Part shown: positions 20,558 to 31,618 of the stretch, piece after piece
Layout: every line of letters begins with the position of its first letter
Numbering within the stretch: position 1 is the first letter of the stretch
Sequence record: PV660463
Direction: 5' to 3' (one strand)
Source of the DNA: Escherichia phage LF82-41
DNA: 64,000 bases
Notes under the pieces: generated by a model
Told to the model about the DNA's origin: nothing
What the model saw: the letters and a program-made list of their open reading frames with translations, nothing else
Databases searched by the model: none
Made by a program: the position numbers and the translations under genes

Positions 20558-23500
20558 ATGGCCGACATCAAACGTAAGTTCAGAGCCGAAGACGGTCTGG
20601 ACGCCGGTGGCGACAAGATTGTTAACGTAGCATTAGCCGACCGTACAGTAGGTACTGATGGCGTAAACGTTGACTTCCTGGTACAAGAAAACACCGTTCA
20701 AGTATATGATTCTACGCGTGGATATAACAAAGGATTTGTTGTTCTTTATGACAACCGTTTATATCAAGCAATAAATGATATCGTATCTCCTTCCGGGGCA
20801 TTTAACCTTTTACAATGGCGTGCAGTTCGTACCGATGCACAATGGATAACTGTCGCTTCTGGGACTTATCAACTTTCTTCAGGTGAATCGATTTCGGTTA
20901 ACACTGGTGCCGGCAATGATATGGTTTTCACATTGCCAAATACGCCGGTTGATGGTGATACTGTTGTTTTGGCTGATATTGGTGGAAGAACCGGGACAGT
21001 TAAAGTACAGATTAACGCGTCTGTGCAGAGTATTTTAAACTTTAGAGGTGAACAAGTTCGTACAGTTTTAATGACGCGTCCACGTTCACAACTATTGTTT
21101 GTGTTTAGTAATCGTTTGTGGCAGATGTATATTACCGATTATGGTAAAGAATCAATCACTGTTACACCTGCGACACCATATCAAGCACAAGCAAATGATT
21201 TTATCGTTCGTCGTTTTACTAGTGCAGCACCAATCAACATTACACTTCCACGTAATGCTAACAATGGTGATATAATCAGCCTAGTCGATTTAGATGGATT
21301 AAACCCACTATATCATACAATTGTTAAAACATTTGATGATACAACGTCTATTGGCGAAGTCGGGACTCATATTGCCGAAGGCAGAAATGACTCTGACGCG
21401 TTTTTTGTTTTTGATGCTTCAAATAGTTTATGGCGTATATGGGAAGGCGACCAGAAATCGCGTCTTCGTATTATCCGTGCAGATTCAAATATTCGTCCAA
21501 ATGAAGAAGTTCTTATTTTTGGCACAAATAACGCTACAGCCGGAACTATTAATCTTACGCTGCCTTCCGGAATTTTGAGTGGTGACACTGTTAAAATTTC
21601 AATGAACTACATGCGTAAAGGCCAAACAGTAAAAATTAAAGCTGCCGAAGGTGATACAATTGCTTCTTCTGTTGCATTGCTTCAGTTCCCTAAACGTTCT
21701 GAATATCCACCTGATGCTCAATGGGTCTCTGTTACTGAACTAGAATTCAATGGCACTACTTCATATGTTCCTGTATTAGAATTAGCGTATATCGAAGATA
21801 CCGTTGCTGGTACACGTTATTGGGTTGTGCAACAGAATGTCCCTACAGTAGAACGTGTTGATGCTGGAACTGATGCTACACGAGCTCGTTTAGGTGTTAT
21901 TGCTCTTGCTACTCAAGCGCAAGCAAATGTTGATTTAGAGAATACTCCAGCTAAAGAAGTGGCTATTACTCCTGAAACGTTGGCAAATCGTACAGCAACT
22001 GAAGCTCGACGTGGTATCGCTAAAATTGCTACAACAGCACAAGTTAACCAGAATTCCACAGCAACATTTGTGGACGATACTATTGTTACGCCTAAAAAAC
22101 TAAATGAGCGTACAGCAACTGAAACTCGTCGTGGTCTTGCTGAAATTGCTACTCAGGTTGAAACCGATGCTGGTCTTGATGACACAACGATTATTACACC
22201 TAAGAAATTACAGGCACGTCAGGGTTCTGAAACACTATCGGGTATAGTTAAATATGTATCAACTACTTCTGCTACACCTGCCGCGACCCGTGGAGCTGCA
22301 GGTACTAATGTTTATAATAAAGACACAACCACGTTAACTATTTCTCCTAAAGCCCTTGACCAATATAAAGCAACTTATGCTCAACAAGGTTCAGTAATTT
22401 TAGCTGTTGATAGTGAAGTAATTGCTGGTCAATCACAAGCAGGTTATTCTCACGCTGTAGTAACTCCTGAAACACTACATAAGAAAACTTCTACTGATGG
22501 ACGTATTGGTTTAATTGAAATTGCTACGCAAGCAGAAACTAATGCTGGGACTGATTATACACGTGCAGTAACGCCTAAGACGTTAAATGATAGGAAAGCT
22601 ACGGAAGGATTATCCGGCATAGCCGAAATTGCTACGCAAGTTGAATTTGATACTGGAACTGATGATACTCGTATCTCGACTCCACTGAAAATTAAAACTC
22701 ATTTTGATTCTTCTGACCGTACCAGTGTTAATTCTGATTCTGGACTTATTGAAGAAGGAACCTTGTGGAACCATTATACTCTTGATATTTCTAAAGCAAA
22801 TGAAACACAACGTGGTACACTTCGCGTAGCGACTCAGGCAGAATCTAATGCAGGAACTTTAGATGATGTTCTTATTACTCCTAAAAAGCTTTTAGGGACT
22901 AAGTCCACTGAAACGTCTGAAGGTGTAATTAAGGTTGCTACTCAGGCTGAAACTGTAACAGGAACTTCTGCTAATACCGCTGTATCTCCTAAGAATTTAA
23001 AATGGATTGTCCAGAACGAACCAACATGGGCTGCTACTACAGCAATTCGCGGATTCGTTAAAACTTCATCCGGTTCAATTACATTCGTTGGCAACGATAC
23101 TCAAGGTAGTACCCAGGATCTGAATCTTTACGAGAAAAATAGTTATGCTATTTCTCCATATGAATTAAACCGTGTACTTGCTAACTATTTGCCATTAAAA
23201 GCAAAAGCTGCTGACGCAAATTTATTAGATGGTCTAGATTCATCTCAGTTCATTCGTAGGGATATTGCACAGACGGTTAATGGTTCACTAACCTTAACCC
23301 AACAAACGAATCTGAGTGCCCCTCTTGTATCATCTAGTACTGCTACGTTTGGTGGTTCGGTATCTGCTAATAGTACATTAACTATTTCTAATACAGGTGC
23401 TTCAACTCGCTTAATATTTGAAAAAGGTCCACAAACTGGAAACAACCCTGCTCAGGCGATGAATATCCGTGTATGGGGTAACCAATTCGCCGGCGGTTCT

Positions 23501-24433
23501 GATACATCTCGTGCTACGATATTTGAAGTTGGTGATGAAACATCTAACCACTTTTATTCACAACGGGATAACCTTGGTAATATTACTTTCAGCATCAACG
23601 GTACAGTTCGGCCGATTAATGTTAATGCATCCGGAACATTGAATGCTAATGGTGCGGCAACATTCGGTCGTTCAGTTACTGCTAATGGCGAATTCATTAG
23701 CAAGTCTGCAAATGCTTTCAGAGCAATTAGCGGTGATTACGGATTCTTTATTCGTAATGATGCTGCTAATACCTATTTTATGCTTACTGCATCCGGTGAT
23801 CAGACCGGTGGATTTAATGGATTACGTCCTTTGGCTATTAATAATGCATCTGGCCAAGTAACGATTGGTGAAGGCTTAATCATTGCCAAAGGTGCTACTA
23901 TAAATTCAGGTGGTTTAACTGTTAACTCGAGAATTCGTTCTCAGGGTTCTAAAACATCTGATTTATATACCCGGGCGCCAACATCTGATACCGTAGGATT
24001 CTGGTCAATCGATATTAACGATTCAGCCACTTATAACCAGTTCCCAGGTTATTTTAAAATGGTTGAAAAAACTAATGAAGTGACTGGGCTTCCATACTTA
24101 GAACGTGGCGAAGAAGTTAAATCTCCTGGTACATTGACCCAGTTTGGTAATACACTTGATTCGCTTTACCAAGATTGGATTACTTATCCAACAACTCCAG
24201 AAGCACGTACAACCCGTTGGACTCGTACATGGCAGAAAACTAAAAATTCTTGGTCAAGTTTTGTTCAGGTATTTGATGGTGGAAACCCTCCTCAACCTTC
24301 TGATATTGGTGCTTTACCTTCTGATAATGCAACAATCGGAAACTTGACAATAAGGGATTTCTTAAGGATTGGTAATGTCCGCATTATTCCAGACCCTGTG
24401 AATAAATCTGTTAAATTTGAGTGGATTGAATAA
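20558..24433 (+). CDS. 34: long tail fibre proximal subunit gp34
   Basis: 1291 aa; internal repeated motif (TxxTExRRGxAxIAT); late promoter TATAAATA 30 nt upstream. Confidence 0.95.
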   Translation: MADIKRKFRAEDGLDAGGDKIVNVALADRTVGTDGVNVDFLVQENTVQVYDSTRGYNKGFVVLYDNRLYQAINDIVSPSGAFNLLQWRAVRTDAQWITVASGTYQLSSGESISVNTGAGNDMVFTLPNTPVDGDTVVLADIGGRTGTVKVQINASVQSILNFRGEQVRTVLMTRPRSQLLFVFSNRLWQMYITDYGKESITVTPATPYQAQANDFIVRRFTSAAPINITLPRNANNGDIISLVDLDGLNPLYHTIVKTFDDTTSIGEVGTHIAEGRNDSDAFFVFDASNSLWRIWEGDQKSRLRIIRADSNIRPNEEVLIFGTNNATAGTINLTLPSGILSGDTVKISMNYMRKGQTVKIKAAEGDTIASSVALLQFPKRSEYPPDAQWVSVTELEFNGTTSYVPVLELAYIEDTVAGTRYWVVQQNVPTVERVDAGTDATRARLGVIALATQAQANVDLENTPAKEVAITPETLANRTATEARRGIAKIATTAQVNQNSTATFVDDTIVTPKKLNERTATETRRGLAEIATQVETDAGLDDTTIITPKKLQARQGSETLSGIVKYVSTTSATPAATRGAAGTNVYNKDTTTLTISPKALDQYKATYAQQGSVILAVDSEVIAGQSQAGYSHAVVTPETLHKKTSTDGRIGLIEIATQAETNAGTDYTRAVTPKTLNDRKATEGLSGIAEIATQVEFDTGTDDTRISTPLKIKTHFDSSDRTSVNSDSGLIEEGTLWNHYTLDISKANETQRGTLRVATQAESNAGTLDDVLITPKKLLGTKSTETSEGVIKVATQAETVTGTSANTAVSPKNLKWIVQNEPTWAATTAIRGFVKTSSGSITFVGNDTQGSTQDLNLYEKNSYAISPYELNRVLANYLPLKAKAADANLLDGLDSSQFIRRDIAQTVNGSLTLTQQTNLSAPLVSSSTATFGGSVSANSTLTISNTGASTRLIFEKGPQTGNNPAQAMNIRVWGNQFAGGSDTSRATIFEVGDETSNHFYSQRDNLGNITFSINGTVRPINVNASGTLNANGAATFGRSVTANGEFISKSANAFRAISGDYGFFIRNDAANTYFMLTASGDQTGGFNGLRPLAINNASGQVTIGEGLIIAKGATINSGGLTVNSRIRSQGSKTSDLYTRAPTSDTVGFWSIDINDSATYNQFPGYFKMVEKTNEVTGLPYLERGEEVKSPGTLTQFGNTLDSLYQDWITYPTTPEARTTRWTRTWQKTKNSWSSFVQVFDGGNPPQPSDIGALPSDNATIGNLTIRDFLRIGNVRIIPDPVNKSVKFEWIE

Positions 24434-24441
24434 GAGGTATT

Positions 24442-25569
24442 ATGGAAAAATTTATGGCTAAGTTTGGACAAGGATACGTCCAAACGCCATTTTTATCGGA
24501 AAGCAATTCAGTACGATTTAAATTAAGCATAGCGGGCTCTTGTCCGCTATCAACATCTCCTGCTTATATTAAGTTCCAGGATAATCCACTTGGGTCCCAG
24601 GTTTTTTCTGTTGGATTAAACGTTCGTGTAATAAATCCTACAACAGGTGCAGTAGTTGAATCTAAGTCATATAATTTCTCTACTGAAAACGACGCCACGT
24701 CAAGTGCATTTGTTACTTTCATGGACACATACGCTTCAAATTTTATATTTGCTCTTGTTACTAACGCTAAAACAAACTTTCCGCCAGAAGTTCTTGCATG
24801 GTTTACCAAAGCTGGGAGTTCTGCTATTCCATTAGCTCAACAAGTTTTAAATATAGTGGACATTTCTTATTCGGCATTTTATATTTCTGGTAAGAATGCT
24901 ATAGCGCTAGAACATATTAAGTATAGTAATAAGAAAACTTCAACCGACTATAGTACACCACTTGATGTTGTGTACGACACGATCGATGATATTGGTGCGA
25001 CCGGCTTCCCTAGACGTACGTATGAATCGACAGACACATTTTTATCTGCTGTTGGAGGTACTAATAACGAAATTAAAAGGATGCCTACAACATCCATTAT
25101 TACACCTCTCGCTGGGTATAAATTGAAGCCTGGAGATTTCCTTTATATGAAATTCCAACTAATGGCTGATGCCGATTTGTTAGCACAAGGGACGACACGA
25201 CTTTCTATTCGTTTCTTTAAATCTCCTTCTACTTCACCTATTTCATTTAAGGATACAAACTTTGATGGGGCTGCAGGTGAATGGAAGATATATGAAGACT
25301 ACATAGAAATTCCTGCTGGTGCTGACGGGTTCACGATTTATTGTTATCGTACAGCTCCAGTCGGGCAAGGTGGATTAAGAAACGTTATATTCACTGAAGT
25401 ATCATGTAATGGAAGCGTTTCAAAACCTGCTGAGTTTGGTATAAATGGTATTCGTGTAAATTATGTTTCAGAATCTTTAAGTGCTCCAGACATAATGACA
25501 TTACCTACTCAATCTTCAACTGATACTGGTAAGGTATTTGGACAAGAATTTAAAGAAGCATCAGAATAA
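24442..25569 (+). CDS. 35: long tail fibre hinge connector gp35
   Basis: 375 aa; operon position. Confidence 0.9.
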   Translation: MEKFMAKFGQGYVQTPFLSESNSVRFKLSIAGSCPLSTSPAYIKFQDNPLGSQVFSVGLNVRVINPTTGAVVESKSYNFSTENDATSSAFVTFMDTYASNFIFALVTNAKTNFPPEVLAWFTKAGSSAIPLAQQVLNIVDISYSAFYISGKNAIALEHIKYSNKKTSTDYSTPLDVVYDTIDDIGATGFPRRTYESTDTFLSAVGGTNNEIKRMPTTSIITPLAGYKLKPGDFLYMKFQLMADADLLAQGTTRLSIRFFKSPSTSPISFKDTNFDGAAGEWKIYEDYIEIPAGADGFTIYCYRTAPVGQGGLRNVIFTEVSCNGSVSKPAEFGINGIRVNYVSESLSAPDIMTLPTQSSTDTGKVFGQEFKEASE

Positions 25570-25574
25570 ATTTA

Positions 25575-25592
25575 GGGAGACTTCGGTCTCCC
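25575..25592 (+). terminator. hairpin after gene 35 (terminator / RNA-stability element)
   Basis: GGGAGAC-TTCG-GTCTCCC then ATTTTTG. Confidence 0.55.
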
Positions 25593-25599
25593 ATTTTTG

Positions 25600-25607
25600 T
25601 ATAAATA
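25600..25607 (+). promoter_or_regulatory. late promoter (TATAAATA) for gene 36
   Basis: Exact TATAAATA 24 nt upstream of gene 36 ATG, just after a hairpin. Confidence 0.75.
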
Positions 25608-25631
25608 TGGTATACATATAAGGAGACAACT

Positions 25632-26297
25632 ATGGCCGATTTAAAAGCTGGTAGTACAACTGGCGGTGCCGTTATATGGCATCAAGGTAATTTCCCTTTA
25701 ATGCCAGCAGGTGATGACGTCCTGTATAAAACGTTTAAACTCTATTCAGAATATAATAAACCAAAAGCGGCTGATAACGATTTCGTTTCTAAAGCTAATG
25801 GTGGTACGTATGCATCAAAGGTAACATTTAACGGCGGCGTTCAAGTCCCGTATGCTGTAAACAACACAAACCCGTGCGGTATTTATCCAGGTAACGGTGA
25901 TAATGCTACTTTTGCTGTAGCAAATATCGATATTGTTTCATGGAATGGTATTGGTTTTAAATCATCGCAAGGTTCAGCAGCCCGAACTGTTGTAATTAAT
26001 GCACGTAATGGTGATATTAATACAAAAGGTGTTGTGTCTGCGGCAGGTCAAGTAAGAAGTGATGCAGCTGCTCCTATAGCAGCGAATGACCTTACTAGAA
26101 AGGACTATGTTGATGGACGAATAAATATTGTTACGGATAACGCAAATTCCCGTGTATTGCGTAAAGGCGATACCATGACTGGTACTTTAACAGCACCAAA
26201 CTTTTTCTCACAGAATCCGGCGTCTGAGGCTAATCATGTTCCTCGTTTCGACCAGATTGTAATTAAAGATTCTGTTCAAGATTTCGGCTATTATTAA
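25632..26297 (+). CDS. 36: long tail fibre distal connector gp36
   Basis: 221 aa as T4 gp36; own late promoter at 25600-25607. Confidence 0.9.
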   Translation: MADLKAGSTTGGAVIWHQGNFPLMPAGDDVLYKTFKLYSEYNKPKAADNDFVSKANGGTYASKVTFNGGVQVPYAVNNTNPCGIYPGNGDNATFAVANIDIVSWNGIGFKSSQGSAARTVVINARNGDINTKGVVSAAGQVRSDAAAPIAANDLTRKDYVDGRINIVTDNANSRVLRKGDTMTGTLTAPNFFSQNPASEANHVPRFDQIVIKDSVQDFGYY

Positions 26298-26305
26298 GAG
26301 GACTT

Positions 26306-29300
26306 ATGGCTACATTAAAACAGATACAATTTAAAAGAAGCAAAGTAGCAGGAGTTAATCCTACTGCAGCACAATTAGCCGAAGGCGAATTAGCGATAAA
26401 CTTAAAAGATCGAACTCTTTTTACTAAAGACGACCTCGGTAATATTATTAGCCTAGGCTTTGCTAAGGGCGGGCAAGTTGACGGCAACGTTACTATTAAC
26501 GGACTTTTGAGATTAAATGGCGATTATGTACAAACAGGTGGAATGACTGTAAACGGACCAATTGGTTCTACTGACGGCGTAACTGCAAAAGTTTTCAGAT
26601 CTACACAGGGTTCGTTTTATACAAGAGCATCAAACGATACTGCAAATGCTCATTTATGGTTTGAAAATACAAATGGATCAGAACGTGGCGTTTTATATTC
26701 AAAACCACAGTCTGAAAATGAAGGCGTAATTACAATGCGTGTTCGTCAAGGAACCGCTGCGGGAGCTCAAAATTCAGAATTTCATTTCATTTCTACTGAT
26801 GGCGGTATCTTCCAGGCACGTAAGTTAACTGCTTTAACTTCTATTAGTACACCAACTATTAGTGTTAATTTAATTAATCATGATTCTAAATCATTTGGAC
26901 AATACGATTCACAATCATTAGTTAACTATGTATACCCAGGCACCGGTGAAACGAATGGTGTAAACTATCTTCGTAGAGTTCGTGCCAAATCCGGTGGTAC
27001 AATGTATCATGAAATTGCTACTGCACAAACAGACCAGGCTGATGAAGTTTCTTGGTGGTCTGGTAATACACCATCATTTAAATTATATGGTATTCGTAAT
27101 GACGGCCGAATGATCGTCCGCAATAGCGTAGCCATCGGGACCGTGACTGCAGGATACCCGTCAAGCGACTATGGTAATGGTGCCGCTTTAGGATTCGGTG
27201 TTTATTTAGCTCTAGGCGATAACGGGACGGGGCTATCATACAAAAAAACCGGTGTTTATGATTTAGTTGGCGGTGGATATTCTGTTGCTTCTATTACTCC
27301 TGACAGTTTACGTAGTACTCGTAAAGGTATATTTGGTCGTTCCGAGGACCAAGGCGCATCGTGGATAATGCCTGGAATTAACGCGGCATTATTAAGCGTT
27401 CAAACACAAGCAGATAATAACAATGCAGGTGACGGCCAAACCCATATTGGTTATAATTCCGGCGGGAAAATGTCTCACTATTTTCGTGGCGCTGGCCTGA
27501 TGAATATCAACACCCAACAAGGTATGGAAGTCAATCCAGGTGTTTTAAAATTGACTACTGGTCCTAATAATGTTATATTTTATGCTGATGGGGGCATTAC
27601 ATCAACTAAGCAACTTTCAGTTTATAACGGTGTTTATTTAGCGGCTAATAACTCTACAGCAGGTTTAACTTTTGCACCTACAACTACTATTGACGGCACT
27701 AAGCAAATTCTCTGGGAAGGCGGTACTCGCGCAGGACAGAACAAAAGTTATGTGACCATGAAAGCATGGGGTAACTCATTTAATGCCACCGGTGATAAAG
27801 CTCGTGAAACAGTATTTGAGGTTTCTGATGGACAAGGTTATTATTTCTATTCTCAACGCGTAGCTCCGACTGGTTCTGAAACTACTGGTCCTGTTATAAC
27901 TCAGTTCAATGGGCAAGTTAATGCTAATGGAAGTATTAATACCGCAGGAAGTCTTAAAGTTGATGGGCTAAGCACTTTAACCGGCAACGTTACCATGAAT
28001 AACGGTTTGTTTGTTCAAGGTGGGGCCTCAATTACAGGACAGGTTAAAATCGGTGGAACTGCAGATGCCTTCCGTATTTACAATGCGGAATATGGAGCTA
28101 TTTTCCGTCGTTCTGAAGCGGCATTGCATATTATCCCTACACTTAAAGATGCAGGTGAAAGTGGTGGTATTTCTAACCTTCGTCCATTGAGTATTTCTCT
28201 TAACAACGGAATGGTTCAAATGCGTCATTCTGTTACATTGGGTGATGATGGCGCTGGCGGTAATATGGTCACCGTAGACAATGATACAAAACTCGTTGTG
28301 TTGACCACCAATTCGCGTATAAGTCCTAATTTCCGTATGCAAATAGGACAATCGGCATATATCGACGCTGAATGTACTGATACTGCACGACCTGCTGGAG
28401 CTGGTTCATTTGTCTCGCAAAATAATGAAAATGTTCGTGCCCCATTCTACATGAATATTAATCGTACAGATACAAGTACTTACGTTCCTATTTTGAAACA
28501 ACGATATGTCCAGGGCGATAGTTGTTATTCTTTGGGTACATTAATTAGTACGGGTGATTTTAGAATTCACTATCATGAAGGCGGTGATAATGATTCAACA
28601 GGTCCACAAAAGGCGGATTTAGCATGGCAATTTAGACGTGATGGCTCGTTCCGTTCACCTAATAAAATTGAAATTAATACCGTTATAATTGGTACTGATG
28701 GTAATATCACAGGTGGTACTGGTAACTTTGCTAACCTAAATACGACGATAAATAGTCTTAAGACGGATATCATCTCTAGTTATCCGATTGGTGCTCCGAT
28801 TCCATGGCCAACTGATACACCTCCTGTGGGTTATGCTATTATGGAAGGCCAGACGTTTGATACTGACTTGTATCCTAAGTTAGCTGCGGTGTATACTTCA
28901 GGAACTATTCCTGATATGCGTGGACAAACTATTAAAGGTAAACCGAGTGGTCGTGCAGTGTTGAGTACAGAAGCAGATGGTGTTAAATCTCATACCCATA
29001 GTGCTTCTTCTAACTCGGTTGATCTAGGTACAAAAACGACGTCAAGTTTTGACTATGGTACTAAGACGACAAGTAGTTTCGACTACGGTACTAAAACGAG
29101 TAATAATACTGGTGCGCATACACATAGTCTGAGCGGTTCCACAAACTCAACCGGCGCTCATGCTCACACAGATGGTTTAAGGATGAACAGTAGTGGTTGG
29201 AGCCAATACGGAACAGTAACCATTCCGGCAAGTGTATCCACGGTTAAAGGAACCAACCAGCAGGGAGCTGGTTATTGTTCGAAAACAGACAGTCAGGGCA

Positions 29301-29515
29301 ACCACAGTCACTCTTTATCTGGTACTGCTGCAAGTGCAGGAGCACATGCACATACAGTCGGTATAGGTGCTCATACACATACAGTCGGTATAGGTGCTCA
29401 CACGCATACAGTCGCTTTAGGTTCACATAGTCACACAATAACAGTTAACGCAACAGGTAATACAGAGAACACCGTTAAAAACGTTGCATTTAACTATATC
29501 GTTCGTTTAGCTTAA
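26306..29515 (+). CDS. 37: long tail fibre distal subunit gp37 (receptor-recognising)
   Basis: 1069 aa; C-terminal HxH metal-binding repeats (GAHTHS, GAHAHT, HSHS). Confidence 0.93.
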   Translation: MATLKQIQFKRSKVAGVNPTAAQLAEGELAINLKDRTLFTKDDLGNIISLGFAKGGQVDGNVTINGLLRLNGDYVQTGGMTVNGPIGSTDGVTAKVFRSTQGSFYTRASNDTANAHLWFENTNGSERGVLYSKPQSENEGVITMRVRQGTAAGAQNSEFHFISTDGGIFQARKLTALTSISTPTISVNLINHDSKSFGQYDSQSLVNYVYPGTGETNGVNYLRRVRAKSGGTMYHEIATAQTDQADEVSWWSGNTPSFKLYGIRNDGRMIVRNSVAIGTVTAGYPSSDYGNGAALGFGVYLALGDNGTGLSYKKTGVYDLVGGGYSVASITPDSLRSTRKGIFGRSEDQGASWIMPGINAALLSVQTQADNNNAGDGQTHIGYNSGGKMSHYFRGAGLMNINTQQGMEVNPGVLKLTTGPNNVIFYADGGITSTKQLSVYNGVYLAANNSTAGLTFAPTTTIDGTKQILWEGGTRAGQNKSYVTMKAWGNSFNATGDKARETVFEVSDGQGYYFYSQRVAPTGSETTGPVITQFNGQVNANGSINTAGSLKVDGLSTLTGNVTMNNGLFVQGGASITGQVKIGGTADAFRIYNAEYGAIFRRSEAALHIIPTLKDAGESGGISNLRPLSISLNNGMVQMRHSVTLGDDGAGGNMVTVDNDTKLVVLTTNSRISPNFRMQIGQSAYIDAECTDTARPAGAGSFVSQNNENVRAPFYMNINRTDTSTYVPILKQRYVQGDSCYSLGTLISTGDFRIHYHEGGDNDSTGPQKADLAWQFRRDGSFRSPNKIEINTVIIGTDGNITGGTGNFANLNTTINSLKTDIISSYPIGAPIPWPTDTPPVGYAIMEGQTFDTDLYPKLAAVYTSGTIPDMRGQTIKGKPSGRAVLSTEADGVKSHTHSASSNSVDLGTKTTSSFDYGTKTTSSFDYGTKTSNNTGAHTHSLSGSTNSTGAHAHTDGLRMNSSGWSQYGTVTIPASVSTVKGTNQQGAGYCSKTDSQGNHSHSLSGTAASAGAHAHTVGIGAHTHTVGIGAHTHTVALGSHSHTITVNATGNTENTVKNVAFNYIVRLA
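29028..29101 (+). repeat. 30-nt tandem coding repeat in gene 37 ([10 protein letters not shown] x2.4)
   Basis: ggtac(a/t)aa(a/g)acga...gactat(/c) units seen directly. Confidence 0.8.
29341..29435 (+). repeat. 27-nt tandem coding repeat in gene 37 (GAHTHTVGI x3.5, HxH metal-binding boxes)
   Basis: gctca(t/c)ac(a/g)catacagtcggtataggt units seen directly. Confidence 0.8.
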
Positions 29516-29520
29516 GGAGA

Positions 29521-29534
29521 GGGCCTTCGGGCCC
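29521..29534 (+). terminator. hairpin between genes 37 and 38
   Basis: GGGCC-TTCG-GGCCC then TTTA. Confidence 0.45.
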
Positions 29535-29543
29535 TTTATAATA

Positions 29544-30095
29544 ATGAAAATTTACCACTACTATTTTGACACTAAAGAATTTTATAAAGAAGAAACATAT
29601 AAACCTGTTAAAGGCGTTGGACTCCCGGCGCATTCTACAACTAAAAAACCACTTGATCCTAAAGAAGGATATGCGATTGTTTTTGACGAACTCATTCAAG
29701 ATTGGATTTATGAAGAAGATCATCGCGGTAAACTAGCTTGGACCTTCGATAAACAACCCGTTAAAATTGATAGTATAGGAAGCTTACAGGGTGCAACATT
29801 TGATGAGCCTGGCGAGTTTGATCTTTGGATAGATGGCGGCTGGAAAGAGGATGAGTGTTATAAACGTTTGACTCTTAGAAATAGAAAACTTGATCAACTT
29901 TTTAAAGAGTACCAAGTCTTGTCTAATTTGGTTGAAGCTTCTGTTGCAAATAAAGACGAGAAATTCTATTACCAGAATCTTAAACGTTTCTTTGCTCTTT
30001 ATGAAAAGCATGAGCATTTAGGTGGCGAATTCCCGGCATGGCCAGAAAAAGAACGAAAATCATTTTTTAAAAGAGTGATAAATATCTTCAGATAA
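29544..30095 (+). CDS. 38: tail-fibre assembly chaperone gp38 (T4-type, not adhesin-type)
   Basis: 183 aa; N-terminus MKIYHYYFDTKEFYKEE matches T4 gp38 as recalled. Confidence 0.92.
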   Translation: MKIYHYYFDTKEFYKEETYKPVKGVGLPAHSTTKKPLDPKEGYAIVFDELIQDWIYEEDHRGKLAWTFDKQPVKIDSIGSLQGATFDEPGEFDLWIDGGWKEDECYKRLTLRNRKLDQLFKEYQVLSNLVEASVANKDEKFYYQNLKRFFALYEKHEHLGGEFPAWPEKERKSFFKRVINIFR

Positions 30096-30105
30096 AGGAG
30101 GTATT

Positions 30106-30765
30106 ATGGCAACACCAAAAGTGTCATTTTCGCCTAGTGATATTCTATTTGGGTTGCTAGATCGTATTTTCAAAGATAACGCTACTGGAAAGGTTTTAAT
30201 GTCCCGAGTAGCGGTAATTATTCTTTTGTTCCTAATGGCACTAATATGGTACAAAGGAAGTATTTTGCTGGATTATTATGTAAGATCTAAGTATGATACT
30301 TATACTGAAATAATCCAAAAAGAACGAGCTTTACGTTTTGAATCTGCGGCTCTAGAACAACTGCAAATAGTTCATATCTCTTCCGGTGCAGATTTTAGTG
30401 CTGTGTATTCTTTCAGACCTAAAAACTTAAATTATTTCGTCGACCTTATAGCTTATGAAGGCAAACTGCCTAGCACAATTTCTGAAAAGTCCCTTGGTGG
30501 ATTCCCAGTAGATAAAACGGCCAATGAATATATAATTCATTTAAGTGGCCGTCATTTCTCGTCTAAATCAGAATTTGCATTTTTGCCTACAAAATCTAAG
30601 ACTGCCGAACTTTCTTATATGTATAGTTGTCCATACTTTAATTTGGATAACATCTACGCTGGAACTGTGACGATGTATTGGTATAAGGGGAGTAATATAC
30701 TTGAGGAAGATCGCTTAGCGGCTATATGCAACCAAGCGGTCCGAATACTAGGAAGGGCTAAATAA
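30106..30765 (+). CDS. t: holin
   Basis: 219 aa; single N-terminal TMD; high similarity to recalled T4 T. Confidence 0.95.
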   Translation: MATPKVSFSPSDILFGLLDRIFKDNATGKVLMSRVAVIILLFLMALIWYKGSILLDYYVRSKYDTYTEIIQKERALRFESAALEQLQIVHISSGADFSAVYSFRPKNLNYFVDLIAYEGKLPSTISEKSLGGFPVDKTANEYIIHLSGRHFSSKSEFAFLPTKSKTAELSYMYSCPYFNLDNIYAGTVTMYWYKGSNILEEDRLAAICNQAVRILGRAK

Positions 30766-31038
30766 TTAGTTGTTAGAATACATCGCTAAATGACGATAAA
30801 TATTTTCAAAACCTTCATTGAATTCACTAATCAGTGTTTTCTTTTCTTCGGCAGTTAAATTTGTAATTAGTTTTCTGAACGAATTCTGATTTAGCTGCCG
30901 ACCATCTTTTTTAATTCCAATCTCATTCAAGAATCCGATGAAACTTGCTCGGTCTTCAACAATATCTTCCCTAGAGAATTTAATCAAAATAGAAGCAATA
31001 GTAATAATTTCACGTACAATTTCAATATCTTTATTCAT
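30766..31038 (-). CDS. asiA: anti-sigma70 factor AsiA
   Basis: 90 aa; MNKDIEIVREIITIASILIKFSREDIVE matches T4 AsiA as recalled. Confidence 0.93.
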   Translation of the reverse strand: MNKDIEIVREIITIASILIKFSREDIVEDRASFIGFLNEIGIKKDGRQLNQNSFRKLITNLTAEEKKTLISEFNEGFENIYRHLAMYSNN

Positions 31039-31084
31039 AACGTTTTATTCATTCCACTTAGTTGATATGGATATAGTACCATTA

Positions 31085-31300
31085 TCAGTGTTGATTGTAA
31101 ACGGCTTTTTCTACGCTTTTAACGTAATCAATGTAGTCTTCCTGTTCGTACGAGTGTAAGACCAAGAACGAGGCTAATAGTTCATTATAGACTAAAGCCT
31201 CACGCTCACGTTCGGCCTCTACTACGTTCTGAAGATTATGACTCATATTGTTCCTTATAACTATCAATGTAGTCCTGTATGTCGAAGAATGACATTTCAT
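31085..31300 (-). CDS. hypothetical small protein
   Basis: ORF track; true start probably internal ATG near 31246. Confidence 0.35.
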   Translation of the reverse strand: MKCHSSTYRTTLIVIRNNMSHNLQNVVEAEREREALVYNELLASFLVLHSYEQEDYIDYVKSVEKAVYNQH

Positions 31301-31448
31301 ATTCTAGGGCATTAAGAGCCCGTTCTTCAGTATAGTCAGAACCAAAGACGATAGTGATTTCACCAGGCTTCATATGATTGAAATCGACACTAAAAGGAAT
31401 ACGAGAACATACTTCGTCTGCCATATCTACGATAACACTACGACACAC
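31236..31448 (-). CDS. hypothetical small protein (non-ATG start in track)
   Basis: Track start is GTG; in-frame with a 17-codon ATG ORF upstream, separated by a single TAA. Confidence 0.35.
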   Translation of the reverse strand: MCRSVIVDMADEVCSRIPFSVDFNHMKPGEITIVFGSDYTEERALNALEYEMSFFDIQDYIDSYKEQYES

Positions 31449-31618
31449 TTCTCGGTTAACCTGATAAAGCTCTGCAAGTTCTTAACAACGAATAACAAGT
31501 TCAGTGGCAGGATTTTCTTTGATTTTAGTAAACATAGTCTTTACCCTTATGTTTTTGTTTGCGTTTAGATTGAAGTTCTGATTTCTTCTTGTCCTTATGG
31601 ACAGAAGCCTTATTGAAA

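Noticed and set aside
29028-29435. Tandem direct repeats considered as a possible CRISPR or satellite array
   Set aside because: Units are 27-30 nt, in-frame, without spacers of unique sequence, and lie inside the tail-fibre gene; they are coding repeats.
29244-29438. Minus-strand ORF with repeated YRLYV motif inside gene 37
   Set aside because: It is the reverse-frame image of the HxH tandem coding repeats in gp37, not an independent gene.
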